DNA of 64,000 nucleotides from a bacterium (GCA_963681965.1 OY820579.1:32001-96000), one strand, 5' to 3'. Numbered from the stretch's first letter, positions 47,784 through 57,866 are shown. Made by a program: numbers and translations. The notes: generated by a model not told the origin, from the letters alone.

Positions 47784-50765
47784 TCAGCTACAACCGGTCG
47801 CTGAAGCGCCACATTCGATACAATAGTAGCAACTTCCGCGCTGAATAGTCATGTTTCCGCAGACGGGACACGCGGGACCACTACTATCGATTTCAGATAA
47901 ATGCAATTCGGTTTGCTTTGGATCGGGTATTGTCGATTCCAATACTAAAGCGAATCTGCCGGGATTGCTGGTTGGCTCTTCATCGTCGGCACGCGACGTT
48001 CGCCGGTCGCCATCGACTTGGGCTTCGGGTTTGGCGATGAACTTCTTTTCGAGCCAGCGGAAGATATAATCCATGATCGATGTGGCGGATGGAACTTCGG
48101 GATTGATCGTGAATCCCGATGGTTCAAACCGCATTCGTTGGAACTTGCTCGACAGTATTTTCAACGGGACACCGTATTGCAGCGCCAACGAAATCGACGT
48201 TGCAAAGGCATCCATTAAACCGGAGATTGTCGAACCTTCTTTCGACATCTTGATGAAAATTTCGCCGGGTGAACCGTCCTGATACATTCCGACGGTGATA
48301 TAACCTTCATGTCCGGCAATCGAAAACTTATGCGTAATCGAGGCGCGTTCGTCAGGAAGTTTTCGGCGTGCCGGTTTGAATGGTTTTACCGGTTGTCCCT
48401 GCTTCTCGGCTTCTTTCAAGCTGGTGTTGAGCGGTTGGGTTCGTTTACACCCGTCACGATAGATTGCAATCGATTTCAGACCGAGTTTCCATGCTTGCAT
48501 ATAGATGTACTCGATCTCTTCGACAGTCGCCTTGTTGGGAACATTTACCGTTTTCGAAATTGCACCGGAAAGGAATGGTTGCGCCGCCGCCATCATTTTG
48601 ATGTGCGCATTGTATGAAATGTATCGCTCGCCGTTATGCGGTTTAAAGGCACAATCGAATACGGGAAGGTGCTCCGGTTTCAGATTGGGCGCGCCTTCGA
48701 TCGTATCCTTCGTCTCGATGTATTTCAGAACATCTTCGACCTGTTCGTCGTTGTAACCCAGTGTCCGCAACGAAACAGGAACAGTTTGATTGACGATCTT
48801 CAACATTCCGCCACCGATCAATTTTTTGTATTTGACCAGAGCGATGTCGGGTTCAATCCCGGTCGTATCGCAATCCATCATGAATGCAATCGTTCCAGTT
48901 GGCGCCAATACGGTAACTTGCGCGTTGCGATAACCGTATTCGGAACCGAGCATATAGGCTTTTTCCCAGGATTGTTGTGCGGCTTTCAACAGCGGTTTGT
49001 AAACGGTTTGACGCGCGTGGATATTGTCGACCGATGCCTGATGTTTTCGAATAACCCGAAGCATAGCGTCGCGATTCTTCTCGAACGATCGGAACGCACC
49101 CATTTTGACGGCGATTGTCGCCGAAGTCCGATAAGCTTCACCGGTCATCAAGGCAGTAATCGCACCAGCGGTAGCTCGGGCTTCGTCGCTATCGTACGAG
49201 TAACCGTAACTCATCAACAACGCGCCAAGATTGGCGTAACCCAAGCCCAAGGTGCGAAATTCCGCACTGTTCGCGGCAATCCGGTCCGTCGGGTAACTGG
49301 CGCTATCGATCAGGATTTCTTGTGCCAATATCATCGTACTAACGGTGTGCCGGAACCCTTCGACATCGAATCCGCGATTATCTTTACCGAATTTCAAGAC
49401 ATTGATCGATGAGAGATTGCATGCGGTATTGTCAAGGAACATATATTCGCTGCAAGGATTCGAGGCATAAATCCGATCGGTTGCAGCACAAGTGTGCCAG
49501 TCATTGATCGTCGTATCGAATTGCAGACCGGGATCGCCGCACTGCCACGCTGCCTCGGCGATTTTGTGGAACAGCTCGCGTGCTTTCATCGTATCTACGA
49601 CGAAACCGCCTTTCACTGCACGGGTCTGCCAAAAGCTGTCGTCCTCGACTGCGAGCATAAACTGATCGGTAATACGAACGCTATTGTTACTGTTCTGAAA
49701 GTAAACCGAAGAGTACGCTTCGCCGCCGAAACTGCCATCGTAACCGGCATCGATCAGCGCCCACGCTTTCTTTTCCTCGCTCACTTTACAACTGACGAAG
49801 TCAAGAATATCGGGATGGGTCACATTCAGAATCACCATCTTAGCGGCACGTCGGGTTTTTCCACCGGATTTAATCACACCGGCGAAGGAATCGTAGCCTT
49901 TCATAAAGCTGACCGGACCACTAGCCGAACCGCCACTGGACAATTTCTCGCGGCTGGAACGTAAGGTCGAAAGATTGGTTCCGGTGCCACTGCCGAATTT
50001 AAACAACATCCCTTCGGTTTTCGCCAGATTGAGGATCGATTCCATCGTGTCTTCGACACTATTGATGAAACATGCGCTGCACTGGGGTTTTTCCTCGACA
50101 CCGACGTTGAACCAGACCGGGCTATTGAATGCGGCAATCTGATGGAGCATCATATAAGTCAGCTCATCGTAAAAATTCTCAGCCGATTCTTCATTTTCGA
50201 AATAGCCGTCTTTCAAACCCCAGCCGGTAATCGTTCGGGTCACGCGTTCGATCAACTGTTTGAGACTGTATTCGCGTTGCGGTGTACCGTATTCACCTTT
50301 AAAATACTTCGACACGACGACATTCGTCGCCAGCATCGACCAACTCTTCGGCATTTCGACACCGCGTTGTTCGAATACAATTTCCCCTTTTTCGCTGTTT
50401 ATCTGGGCATCGCGAAATTCCCATTCTACCGTATCGAACACCACCATCCCGGGTTTAGTAAAATGCCGTTCGACGCGGAGACCGCGAGATTTCTCTTCGC
50501 GCAATGCTTCGGTTTCGGAGCCATTTCGAATCTTTTCAATTTCGGCTTTCATCGATTTTGATGGTTCTTCGGGTTGATACGGGATGGTTTCAGTCACAGT
50601 TTTCGATTCAGTGGATTTCGCAATTTCAACTGCCGGCATCTGACCTCCGTCGGTCAATATTTCTTCTACAAAACGCATTTGGTAATTTCCTATTTCGTTT
50701 TGATTAGTTGTAGTAGGTACGTTTTCGCGATTTGCTCGCGAACCGCGATTTGCTTGATTACTCAT
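47784..50765 (-). CDS. nrdJ: Class II (B12-dependent) ribonucleotide reductase with TSCPD domain and Zn-ribbon
   Basis: FNSPVWFN, QCSACFI, GGKTRRAAKM, SNPCSEY, APTGTI, ISKTVN, CPVCG...CIECG...GCS. Confidence 0.96.
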   Translation of the reverse strand: MSNQANRGSRANRENVPTTTNQNEIGNYQMRFVEEILTDGGQMPAVEIAKSTESKTVTETIPYQPEEPSKSMKAEIEKIRNGSETEALREEKSRGLRVERHFTKPGMVVFDTVEWEFRDAQINSEKGEIVFEQRGVEMPKSWSMLATNVVVSKYFKGEYGTPQREYSLKQLIERVTRTITGWGLKDGYFENEESAENFYDELTYMMLHQIAAFNSPVWFNVGVEEKPQCSACFINSVEDTMESILNLAKTEGMLFKFGSGTGTNLSTLRSSREKLSSGGSASGPVSFMKGYDSFAGVIKSGGKTRRAAKMVILNVTHPDILDFVSCKVSEEKKAWALIDAGYDGSFGGEAYSSVYFQNSNNSVRITDQFMLAVEDDSFWQTRAVKGGFVVDTMKARELFHKIAEAAWQCGDPGLQFDTTINDWHTCAATDRIYASNPCSEYMFLDNTACNLSSINVLKFGKDNRGFDVEGFRHTVSTMILAQEILIDSASYPTDRIAANSAEFRTLGLGYANLGALLMSYGYSYDSDEARATAGAITALMTGEAYRTSATIAVKMGAFRSFEKNRDAMLRVIRKHQASVDNIHARQTVYKPLLKAAQQSWEKAYMLGSEYGYRNAQVTVLAPTGTIAFMMDCDTTGIEPDIALVKYKKLIGGGMLKIVNQTVPVSLRTLGYNDEQVEDVLKYIETKDTIEGAPNLKPEHLPVFDCAFKPHNGERYISYNAHIKMMAAAQPFLSGAISKTVNVPNKATVEEIEYIYMQAWKLGLKSIAIYRDGCKRTQPLNTSLKEAEKQGQPVKPFKPARRKLPDERASITHKFSIAGHEGYITVGMYQDGSPGEIFIKMSKEGSTISGLMDAFATSISLALQYGVPLKILSSKFQRMRFEPSGFTINPEVPSATSIMDYIFRWLEKKFIAKPEAQVDGDRRTSRADDEEPTSNPGRFALVLESTIPDPKQTELHLSEIDSSGPACPVCGNMTIQRGSCYYCIECGASATGCS

Positions 50766-50768
50766 TTC

Positions 50769-51581
50769 CTAAGCCTCACTCAGGCTTCGGATAAAACTCG
50801 GTAGCTCCATCTCGATGCTCTCGATAGTTCGAAAACCATACCAGATCAGGCTTTTTCCCTCGATCTTGATCGGTTTCGTACAACAACCGTATTCGGCTAA
50901 CCGTTCTACCATCGAATTGATTTCGCTATTCGACCAGCAATACGGCTCAGATGGAAAAATGATAAATTCGGGATTTTCTTGTGCAACACTTTCCAGCGAT
51001 ACTATTGGATAACGTTCCACACGATCGAAAAACGGATTCACTACTCCTGCTCTACTCAACCAATCTGCCAGATAGGTATCGCCATTGGCAGTCATTAGCG
51101 GCGAATTCCAAACAAGAGCAACCGCGCGGTAGTTATGCATGTCGGTAGAGTCATGCGCGGTAAAGAGGGTTTTCGCAATACGCAGAGCGAATACTTCAGC
51201 TTTTGAATCGCACCCGGTAAGAAAACCCAGATGACGAAGTAAATCGGGAACATCGGATATCCGTCGCACATCACTGACATATACCGGATAGCGTTCGGAC
51301 AAGTAGCAATAATGTTCAATTCGATTTTCTTCGCGATTGAGAAGGATCAAATCCGGATTCAACGAATCAATCAATTCCAGATCGGGATTTTTCGGTCCAC
51401 CTAGTTTCGGAAGGAATTGGATCAAGTCGACCGGATCGGTACAATAACTCGATACTCCTACCACTTGCGAACCGCCACCAATTTCAAATAGCGTTTCCGT
51501 GATCGATGGAACGAGCGATACAATTCTTTTTGCCGGTTGATTGCACTTCACCAAATGTCCGCACGGGTCGATGAGATGCAT
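50769..51581 (-). CDS. BtuF-like helical-backbone cobalamin/metal-binding protein with no signal peptide
   Basis: RIVSLVPSITETLF, GGPKNPD, NREENR, PSEPY, WYG. Confidence 0.85.
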   Translation of the reverse strand: MHLIDPCGHLVKCNQPAKRIVSLVPSITETLFEIGGGSQVVGVSSYCTDPVDLIQFLPKLGGPKNPDLELIDSLNPDLILLNREENRIEHYCYLSERYPVYVSDVRRISDVPDLLRHLGFLTGCDSKAEVFALRIAKTLFTAHDSTDMHNYRAVALVWNSPLMTANGDTYLADWLSRAGVVNPFFDRVERYPIVSLESVAQENPEFIIFPSEPYCWSNSEINSMVERLAEYGCCTKPIKIEGKSLIWYGFRTIESIEMELPSFIRSLSEA

Positions 51582-51619
51582 TCGTTTTCTCGATCTCTTT
51601 GTTCGTTGAATCGCACCTA

Positions 51620-51648
51620 AGAATAGTGTCTCGATAATCGCGAGTCAA
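51620..51648 (-). promoter_or_regulatory. sigma-70 promoter of the btuF-like/nrdJ operon
   Basis: Minus strand TTGACT-N17-TATTCT. Confidence 0.7.
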
Positions 51649-51656
51649 GATTGTGA

Positions 51657-51704
51657 ACTCAATCTATTGTGGTCACACTCATCACTTCATACTATCGCTG
51701 GTAG
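51657..51704. promoter_or_regulatory. Tandem NrdR-box-like sites
   Basis: ccacaatagattgagt (good match to acaCwAtATaTwGtg) and a weaker ctaccagcgatagtat offset by 32 bp, next to the -35 element. Confidence 0.55.
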
Positions 51705-52190
51705 AAAATCGGGGGTTTGATTTATTGAAGTCTCGATTCATTGAGTGGTTGTTTCATTCTCTTCCGGGAGGGAGTATTCATAAAAAATTAATTACTCTTC
51801 GGTGTAATTTTTCCGAGAGTCATTCGTGAGCGAAAATCACATAACTCTCCTCTCAAAAATATTCTTCGAGAGGAGAGAGTGTATAGAAGATTGTCTCCAA
51901 ACTCGAATCAAAAAAAAGTTGCAAATCGATCTCAATATCGACGGAAAATGCTCATAATTTTACATTTAGAGTTCAAGCAAAATTTTGTTGTGGGAGTAAT
52001 GTCAAATAAAGGAACACGGTTCAGCTCGGTTTTATTTTGAAAGTGCTCGAAAAAAGAGTATAATCCGGCGCGAATTTCAAAACGAACTTTTTAGGTCAAA
52101 TCGAGCCTTGGAAGCATCTAAATTTAACTCTATCCTCAAAACTCCAGAAGATTACTAAATAAAACTCGGTAATAAATTTGCTAGACGATC

Positions 52191-52769
52191 TTAGAACTGT
52201 AACGCACACATTCGAATCGGTAAACCGGTTTCCAGAATCCAATTACCGAGATGTTCAAACGTGACCGATTCCACCGGGATCATTTCCACTTGCGCGTGAC
52301 GAGTAAGACGATGAGTGCGGATGCGTTGTTTGGCATAATCGAACGATGCCTTGCTTTCGATGACAAACGCCATTTCATCATCTTCAGCTAATTCCGATAA
52401 TACTTGTTCGCTTGGTAATGCCGACGATTCCATGTTGGTTCGGGGTTTCGACCAAACGACGCGGCGATAGACACCATCGGGTAATCGACCCACCGAGATT
52501 GCACCTGAGGTAACGACGCGAACGCGATGTCCGGCTTCCATCAAGCAACTGCAAACCCCGGAGAGCGCGCCGTACGCCAACGGTTCGGCACCAAAGATTT
52601 CCACTGGTGCATCGGGCATACCACTGCATTCGACAGCAATTTCTTCCGCTTCCAGCACTTCGCCATGAGAAGTTGGATCGTCCGGTTCCGCCAATCGTAC
52701 TAGCCAGCCGGGAAATCCATGCCATCTTCCACCAGACAGAAATCCCAATGTTATCGACGCCACTCGCAT
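52191..52769 (-). CDS. QueE-like protein lacking the radical-SAM CxxxCxxC motif
   Basis: G.P..LVRL, VEIFGAEPL, DEMAFVI, WILETGLPIR are collinear with QueE; the Cys loop is replaced by AEPDD. Confidence 0.7.
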   Translation of the reverse strand: MRVASITLGFLSGGRWHGFPGWLVRLAEPDDPTSHGEVLEAEEIAVECSGMPDAPVEIFGAEPLAYGALSGVCSCLMEAGHRVRVVTSGAISVGRLPDGVYRRVVWSKPRTNMESSALPSEQVLSELAEDDEMAFVIESKASFDYAKQRIRTHRLTRHAQVEMIPVESVTFEHLGNWILETGLPIRMCALQF

Positions 52770-52868
52770 AGAATCCCTCGCTCACAAATTCATTGACGAC
52801 AGTTCAAATGTATCGCTGTTTTACTCGAATCATTAGCAGAATATAAGCAGTTAACCGAGATTACTCTA

Positions 52869-52982
52869 TAGTGGTTCTTGAAAATAAGTTGTCATAATTC
52901 GGTGTCAGGCTTCGCCTGACCTGCGGGCGGACGCGGGGATCCGCCCCTACTACCGATAACAACTTATTTTCAAGAGATACTC
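52869..52982. mobile_element. Second full copy of the 114-bp TIR/REP element
   Basis: Near-identical to 41940-42053; REP reads gggcggacgcggggatccgcccctac. Confidence 0.8.
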
Positions 52983-53065
52983 TACGATACGAATGCGGAT
53001 TCGTACAACAGCACAGATCGGAGATCTGTGCTGGGAAATTGTACCGCATAATTATGAGCGAGCGA

Positions 53066-53662
53066 TTACTTCTTTGCGATCGGACCGATCGGGAGAACCA
53101 CCTTGCCATATACTTCATTCAGAACTTGCGCCATCGCACCGTAAATTGCCGAGAACCCGCAGAAGATTCCTTCTATTCCGGCAAAGGTTTTAATTGCACC
53201 GTTCTCGGTGATATCGCCAAGCGCCAACAAGAAAAACAACAATGCCAGCGATGCAAAGACTACCTGCAGCATCCGATTCAAGCGGAGAGTTCCGATAAAC
53301 ATGAATGAAGTAAATACGCCCCAGAGCGCCAAATAGGCAGCCATCTCGATATTATTCGAGGCGGCAGTCCAGCCCAATTTCGGCATCACCAATAATCCGA
53401 CCAGCGACAACCAAAATAATCCGTAGGCAGTGAATGCGGTCGTGCCAAAAGTATTTCCTTTTTTCCATTCCATGATTCCGGCAAAGATCTGTGCCATGCC
53501 ACCAATAAATATTCCCATCGCGAGGATCATTCCGCCGAGACCATAGGCACCGGCGTTGTGAAGATTGAGTAACACAGTGGTCATTCCAAATCCAAGCAGC
53601 CCAAGCGGCGCAGGATTGGAAGTCGTATCGATAATTTTCATGGCATTGTCGGGGGATGACAT
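53066..53662 (-). CDS. satP: Acetate/succinate uptake transporter (SatP/YaaH, GPR1/FUN34 family)
   Basis: [38 protein letters not shown]. Confidence 0.93.
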   Translation of the reverse strand: MSSPDNAMKIIDTTSNPAPLGLLGFGMTTVLLNLHNAGAYGLGGMILAMGIFIGGMAQIFAGIMEWKKGNTFGTTAFTAYGLFWLSLVGLLVMPKLGWTAASNNIEMAAYLALWGVFTSFMFIGTLRLNRMLQVVFASLALLFFLLALGDITENGAIKTFAGIEGIFCGFSAIYGAMAQVLNEVYGKVVLPIGPIAKK

Positions 53663-53784
53663 TTGCGCTCCTTTGTTAATGATTCGGGGTATCTTCCGAT
53701 ACCCTTTCCGATGAATAATTGTGAAAAAAAGGACTAGAGTTTGTCGAATCTGGAACTAATCAACACTGAATTCAAGCTTCTCTG

Positions 53785-53918
53785 AACATGTACAGACAAG
53801 AGTGTCAGTACCTACGATAACAACATGTACAGACAGGAGTGTCTGTACCTACAAATACCTACGGGTTGACACGGGGGTCCGCCCCTACTACCGGTAACAA
53901 CTTACTTACAAGAGATAC
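53785..53918. repeat. Cluster of three GTAG-type REPs plus the right end of the TIR element
   Basis: Two aacatgtacagac..gagtgtc.gtacctac copies, then gggttgacacgggggtccgcccctac and taacaacttacttacaagagatac. Confidence 0.8.
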
Positions 53919-53929
53919 CAAAGAATTAT

Positions 53930-54481
53930 TTACAGTCTGTTCCGGATTGGATCCGGAATGATCGACATCGGTTTTGCTTGTTGAATGGCATTGTATAATT
54001 CTTGTGCATTTTCCGATCCGAGGAAAAGATGCTCACCGATGGTCAATTTAATCAACACCCCATTATGCTTCGAGAACGGCGAACCAATTCGTCCAAGATG
54101 ATGTCGAACCCGCCACCATCGCGCATCGAAGACCGATCGCAGCGAGGTCATTTCGAAGCTTTCGACAATCTCAAACGGGATCGTATCCCAGCGTCGGGGA
54201 CGATGTCGCCATTGATAATAGATCGCTCGATTAGTAACAATCAAAGCACATTTCAAGCGGGTGGCAGCAGTGATTGCTACGATGAAAATACCTATAGCAA
54301 ATATCGATCCAGTTTCTGGTACCGAGCGATATTCGGGTGCTTGCTGCAAGAACATCCATAACCACATTACTACCACCGAACCGGGTACGACTGCGATTAT
54401 CAACAAGATTGCCCAAGTCGGGCTGCGATAGCTTTCGCGATAGACGATTTGTTCCGATAGATCGAGTCGCGGTTGTCTCAT
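53930..54481 (-). CDS. DUF6141-like 2-TM membrane protein (most diverged paralogue)
   Basis: Two TM segments, then GVLIKL..GEHLFLGS shared with its neighbours. Confidence 0.7.
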   Translation of the reverse strand: MRQPRLDLSEQIVYRESYRSPTWAILLIIAVVPGSVVVMWLWMFLQQAPEYRSVPETGSIFAIGIFIVAITAATRLKCALIVTNRAIYYQWRHRPRRWDTIPFEIVESFEMTSLRSVFDARWWRVRHHLGRIGSPFSKHNGVLIKLTIGEHLFLGSENAQELYNAIQQAKPMSIIPDPIRNRL

Positions 54482-55017
54482 TCACTCGCGCCTGCAACCA
54501 TCCTCATGCGAATCACCGCTTCAAGATCGTTCATGTGCTGCGACCCCAATAGGATCGTCTTCCCCGATTTCAGTGTCAGTAGTACGCCTTCGCTACCGGA
54601 AACATTGAATGCGCGATCCTTGTTGCTGAATCGGCGATAACGAATACCCCACCCACCGTATTCGGCAAACGGTCGGTAATGCCGTGCTTCAGCCGATTCG
54701 ATCTCGGAATATGGAACGTTCTGCCAGCGGAAATGAAAAGGATAGTACCGGTATTGGATTCCGGTATCCTTCACCTGGATCACTAATTTACTCAGACTGA
54801 AAATCACGGGAACCGGAACAGTAATTACGATTACAAAGAGCCAATCCCACAGCGTGTTACCGGAATTGCTCAATCCCAATTCCGCTTCCGTCGTCAACAT
54901 GTAAGCAAACGATGCAAACACGAATACCGGAATTCCAATCACCAGCATCCACGCCCACCATTGAGTTGGATGTTGGGTTTCATGATAATGAACAGTTTCG
55001 CTATTGTTCGATGACAT
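54478..55017 (-). CDS. DUF6141-like membrane protein
   Basis: QWWAW, YYPFHFRW, YRPFAEYGGWGIRY, FNVSGSEGV, LLGSQ. Confidence 0.8.
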   Translation of the reverse strand: MSSNNSETVHYHETQHPTQWWAWMLVIGIPVFVFASFAYMLTTEAELGLSNSGNTLWDWLFVIVITVPVPVIFSLSKLVIQVKDTGIQYRYYPFHFRWQNVPYSEIESAEARHYRPFAEYGGWGIRYRRFSNKDRAFNVSGSEGVLLTLKSGKTILLGSQHMNDLEAVIRMRMVAGASE

Positions 55018-55029
55018 TGTTTGACAGCC

Positions 55030-55578
55030 TCAATTAAATGGTACTTTCGCAACGGGAATATTGCTACGAAGTGCCATTTCCAATTCCAGCATTTTTCTCG
55101 AACCAAAGAGAACATTACTTCCATTTTTTAGAGCCAGAAACACCCCTTCGTTACCCGAGACATTGTATGCCTTCCCTTTCGCACCGTAGCGAATTCCCCA
55201 TCCACCGTAGTCAAGGATCGGTCGATAGGTTGTTGCAGTCGCAGTTTTGATTTGATCGAATCCAATAAACTGCCAGCGGAAATGAAGCGGGACAAAACGA
55301 TAGTAGAGACCGTCGGCATGCACTTCCACGATAAGTTTCATGCGCGTCATCAGATATGGCAAACCAAGTCCGATCACGATAAACATGGTGACATCGAGCC
55401 AGAGTGGAGACGGTTCGCTTCCGACGTGCCCAAAGGGTTGTTGCAGAACGAATCGAACATACGCTCCGTAGAGCATAATTCCGGAAGGAATGAGCAGAAT
55501 GAGGATCAACCACCACTGCTGGAAGCCTTGTACTTCGCGAAATTGCGGTGGCGATACCGGTCTATTGCTAGCTGCCAT
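55030..55578 (-). CDS. DUF6141-like membrane protein
   Basis: FQQWWL, FVPLHFRW, YRPILDYGGWGIRY, YNVSGNEGV. Confidence 0.8.
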   Translation of the reverse strand: MAASNRPVSPPQFREVQGFQQWWLILILLIPSGIMLYGAYVRFVLQQPFGHVGSEPSPLWLDVTMFIVIGLGLPYLMTRMKLIVEVHADGLYYRFVPLHFRWQFIGFDQIKTATATTYRPILDYGGWGIRYGAKGKAYNVSGNEGVFLALKNGSNVLFGSRKMLELEMALRSNIPVAKVPFN

Positions 55579-55668
55579 GAGTTGTTTGTCCTTGAAGATC
55601 GGAATTGGGCGGGATTGATTACCCGCCCAAGCCAATTTCGTCAAGTCGATTGTATCGTAGTTAGACGA

Positions 55669-56790
55669 TTAAATATGATCGGCAATCGCCTGTCCCATTT
55701 CAGTAGTTGTATTCGAACCGCCCATATCGTAGGTGCGCACTTTACCTTCTTTAATCACAGCCGCAGTGGCTCGTTCGACCTCACGTGCGAGTTCCGGTTC
55801 GTCCAATTTATCGAGCATCATTTTCGCGGACAAAATGGTTGCAATTGGATTGACTTTGTACATTCCGGCATATTTTGGTGCGGAACCGTGCGACGGTTCG
55901 AACACTCCAAGTCGATCGCCGATATTGCCACTGCAACCGAAACCGAGACCGCCAACAAGTTGCGCACATAGATCGGAAATAATATCGCCGAATAGATTCG
56001 GTGCAATCAGTACATCGTAGCTATGCGGATTCTTGATTAACCACATGGTCATGGCATCGACGTTCGCTTCATCGAAAATAATTTCCGGATATTCGCGGGC
56101 AACATCCTTGGCGATATCCAGAAACAGACCATCGGTGGCGCGTACGACGTTTGCCTTGTGTACGATCGTTACTTTTCGGCGACCATGTCGACGGGCAAAC
56201 TCGAAACCGGCGCGAATGATCCGTTCACTGCCATGTCGCGTGTTAATTTTACATGAAATGGCAAATTCATTGCCATTCAACTTGCTGAAGTGGCTGAATG
56301 GTTTGGACAATTTAGTCAGAACTGCTTTTAGTTCGTCGGGAACCGGATTGAATTCTACTCCGCAATACATATCTTCGGTGTTCTCGCGGAACATCACGAT
56401 ATCGATCCCCTCTTTGAAATTGAGCGGGTTGCCGGGATAGGCTTTGCAGGGACGCAGGCAATTGTACAGGTCGAAGCGTTGACGCATGCGTACGATCGGC
56501 GAGCGGTAAATGAGCCCCTTTCCCTGCAATTCGGGAATCAGTTCTTTTTCAGCGATTTTTGCGGGTTTCGAGGTGATTGCACCAAACATAGCGCTATCGA
56601 CCGATTCCAGCATATCGATCGTTCGCTTCGGCAACGCATCGCCTTCCTTGCACCAATAATCCCAACCAATATCACCGTGAATATAATCGGCTTTGAAATC
56701 TAATTTATCGAGCACGATTCTGGTTGCTTCCAGAACTTCACCACCCACGCCATCCCCTGGCATCCAACCGATTCGGTATTTCTTGGTCAC
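55669..56790 (-). CDS. Isocitrate/isopropylmalate (possibly homoisocitrate) dehydrogenase family protein
   Basis: PGDGVG, LRPCK, RENTED.Y, HKANV, NLFGDIISD, EPSHGSAP; GTG start. Confidence 0.92.
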   Translation of the reverse strand: MTKKYRIGWMPGDGVGGEVLEATRIVLDKLDFKADYIHGDIGWDYWCKEGDALPKRTIDMLESVDSAMFGAITSKPAKIAEKELIPELQGKGLIYRSPIVRMRQRFDLYNCLRPCKAYPGNPLNFKEGIDIVMFRENTEDMYCGVEFNPVPDELKAVLTKLSKPFSHFSKLNGNEFAISCKINTRHGSERIIRAGFEFARRHGRRKVTIVHKANVVRATDGLFLDIAKDVAREYPEIIFDEANVDAMTMWLIKNPHSYDVLIAPNLFGDIISDLCAQLVGGLGFGCSGNIGDRLGVFEPSHGSAPKYAGMYKVNPIATILSAKMMLDKLDEPELAREVERATAAVIKEGKVRTYDMGGSNTTTEMGQAIADHI

Positions 56791-57121
56791 GGTATTCCCT
56801 TTCGATCTAGATTCAACTATTCGACCGGACGTATCGACGTTCCAATCGCAAAATTCAGGTACAATTCGAGCTGCAATCAAAGTCGCTTAGCTACAGAAAT
56901 TGCAGCTTCCATAAGCAATAAAGATAAGCAATTCGAAAGCATACTTCCAGAAATATCGAGAGTACCGCGTATAATGCGTTTATATTCAACATATATCATC
57001 AAAAATAGAAATGGATGATTGTACACAATTTTAATCAAACCTGTTGCGATTCCCTTCCATCAAAACATACATTTCGGTGTAGTTTTTTCACTGTCTCGTC
57101 AAACTATCGAAGGAGAAGATT

Positions 57122-57232
57122 ATGGCTTGCTGCAAGAAACCCGCAGGCGAAGCACCCGCAAAAAAAGAAGCACCGAAGAAGGAAGTCAAAGCTGCCGCCA
57201 AACCGAAAGCACCTGCTAAGAAAGCGAAGTAA
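57122..57232 (+). CDS. 36-aa Lys/Ala/Pro-rich histone-H1-like peptide (absent from ORF track)
   Basis: MACCKKPAGEAPAKKEAPKKEVKAAAKPKAPAKKAK; AAGGAG RBS; terminator downstream. Confidence 0.75.
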   Translation: MACCKKPAGEAPAKKEAPKKEVKAAAKPKAPAKKAK

Positions 57233-57292
57233 TTTGTTTTCATTGCCGGATTGAACGGATTTTGGTTCACCCATTCAGTTTCGATAATAAGT

Positions 57293-57319
57293 AAAGGAGC
57301 AGATAAATCTGCTCCTTTT
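57293..57319. terminator. Bidirectional terminator
   Basis: aaaggagcagat-aa-atctgctcctttt. Confidence 0.75.
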
Positions 57320-57344
57320 GCTTTCAAAAGATATCTGATGAGAC

Positions 57345-57866
57345 CTATGCACCCCAAAGTGTACCGGTATTGACCGGTTTCCCCATCAATTTCAAGTAAT
57401 AGAACAGTTGTCCTTTATGCTGGGAAAGATGCATATCCATCTGAAGCAATCTCTGACCGAGGCAGATGTCCATGTTGTCCCAAGGGGCTTTGGCGATCTC
57501 GGTATCGAGGCGTTCTTCCGAGCATTGATCGAGCATTTCGAATGCCAATTTCCGATCCTGCTTCAACATCCTTTTCGCTTCGGCAACCGAACCTACTGCT
57601 TTCATCTTCTCCGCCGGCGTCATCATTTCATCCGGTGGTTTGCTCGGATCATAATCTGCCGGTAAACCCCAATCGCCGGTGACAAAACCGCGACAGCAGG
57701 CGCCATTCGCTTCGGTGATGTGATACAGCAATTGACCCACTGTCATCCAATTAGAACCGGTCGATGGTTTCCAATTCAATTCAGAATCGTCAACTAGATC
57801 GAACAAATTGTTCGTTACAGCGTAATTGTAATGAAAAGCACCTGATAGCAACTTCTTCCATTCCAT
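57345..57866 (-). CDS. DinB-family protein
   Basis: WKPS...MTVGQLLYH and HLSQHKGQLFYYLKLMG. Confidence 0.88.
   Translation of the reverse strand: MEWKKLLSGAFHYNYAVTNNLFDLVDDSELNWKPSTGSNWMTVGQLLYHITEANGACCRGFVTGDWGLPADYDPSKPPDEMMTPAEKMKAVGSVAEAKRMLKQDRKLAFEMLDQCSEERLDTEIAKAPWDNMDICLGQRLLQMDMHLSQHKGQLFYYLKLMGKPVNTGTLWGA

Noticed and set aside
48636-49964. Long plus-strand ORFs opposite nrdJ (similar cases at 44237, 35800 and 55252)
   Set aside because: Antisense shadows of well-supported genes, with no recognisable motifs.
51705-52190. Cobalamin riboswitch or replication origin in the long AT-rich gap
   Set aside because: No B12-box or CCCGCAACTGT motif and no DnaA-box cluster seen; only one hairpin (about 51845-51877).
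53785-53890. CRISPR array
   Set aside because: Only two near-identical 31-bp units with a 6-bp spacer; they are GTAG palindromes and no cas genes are present.
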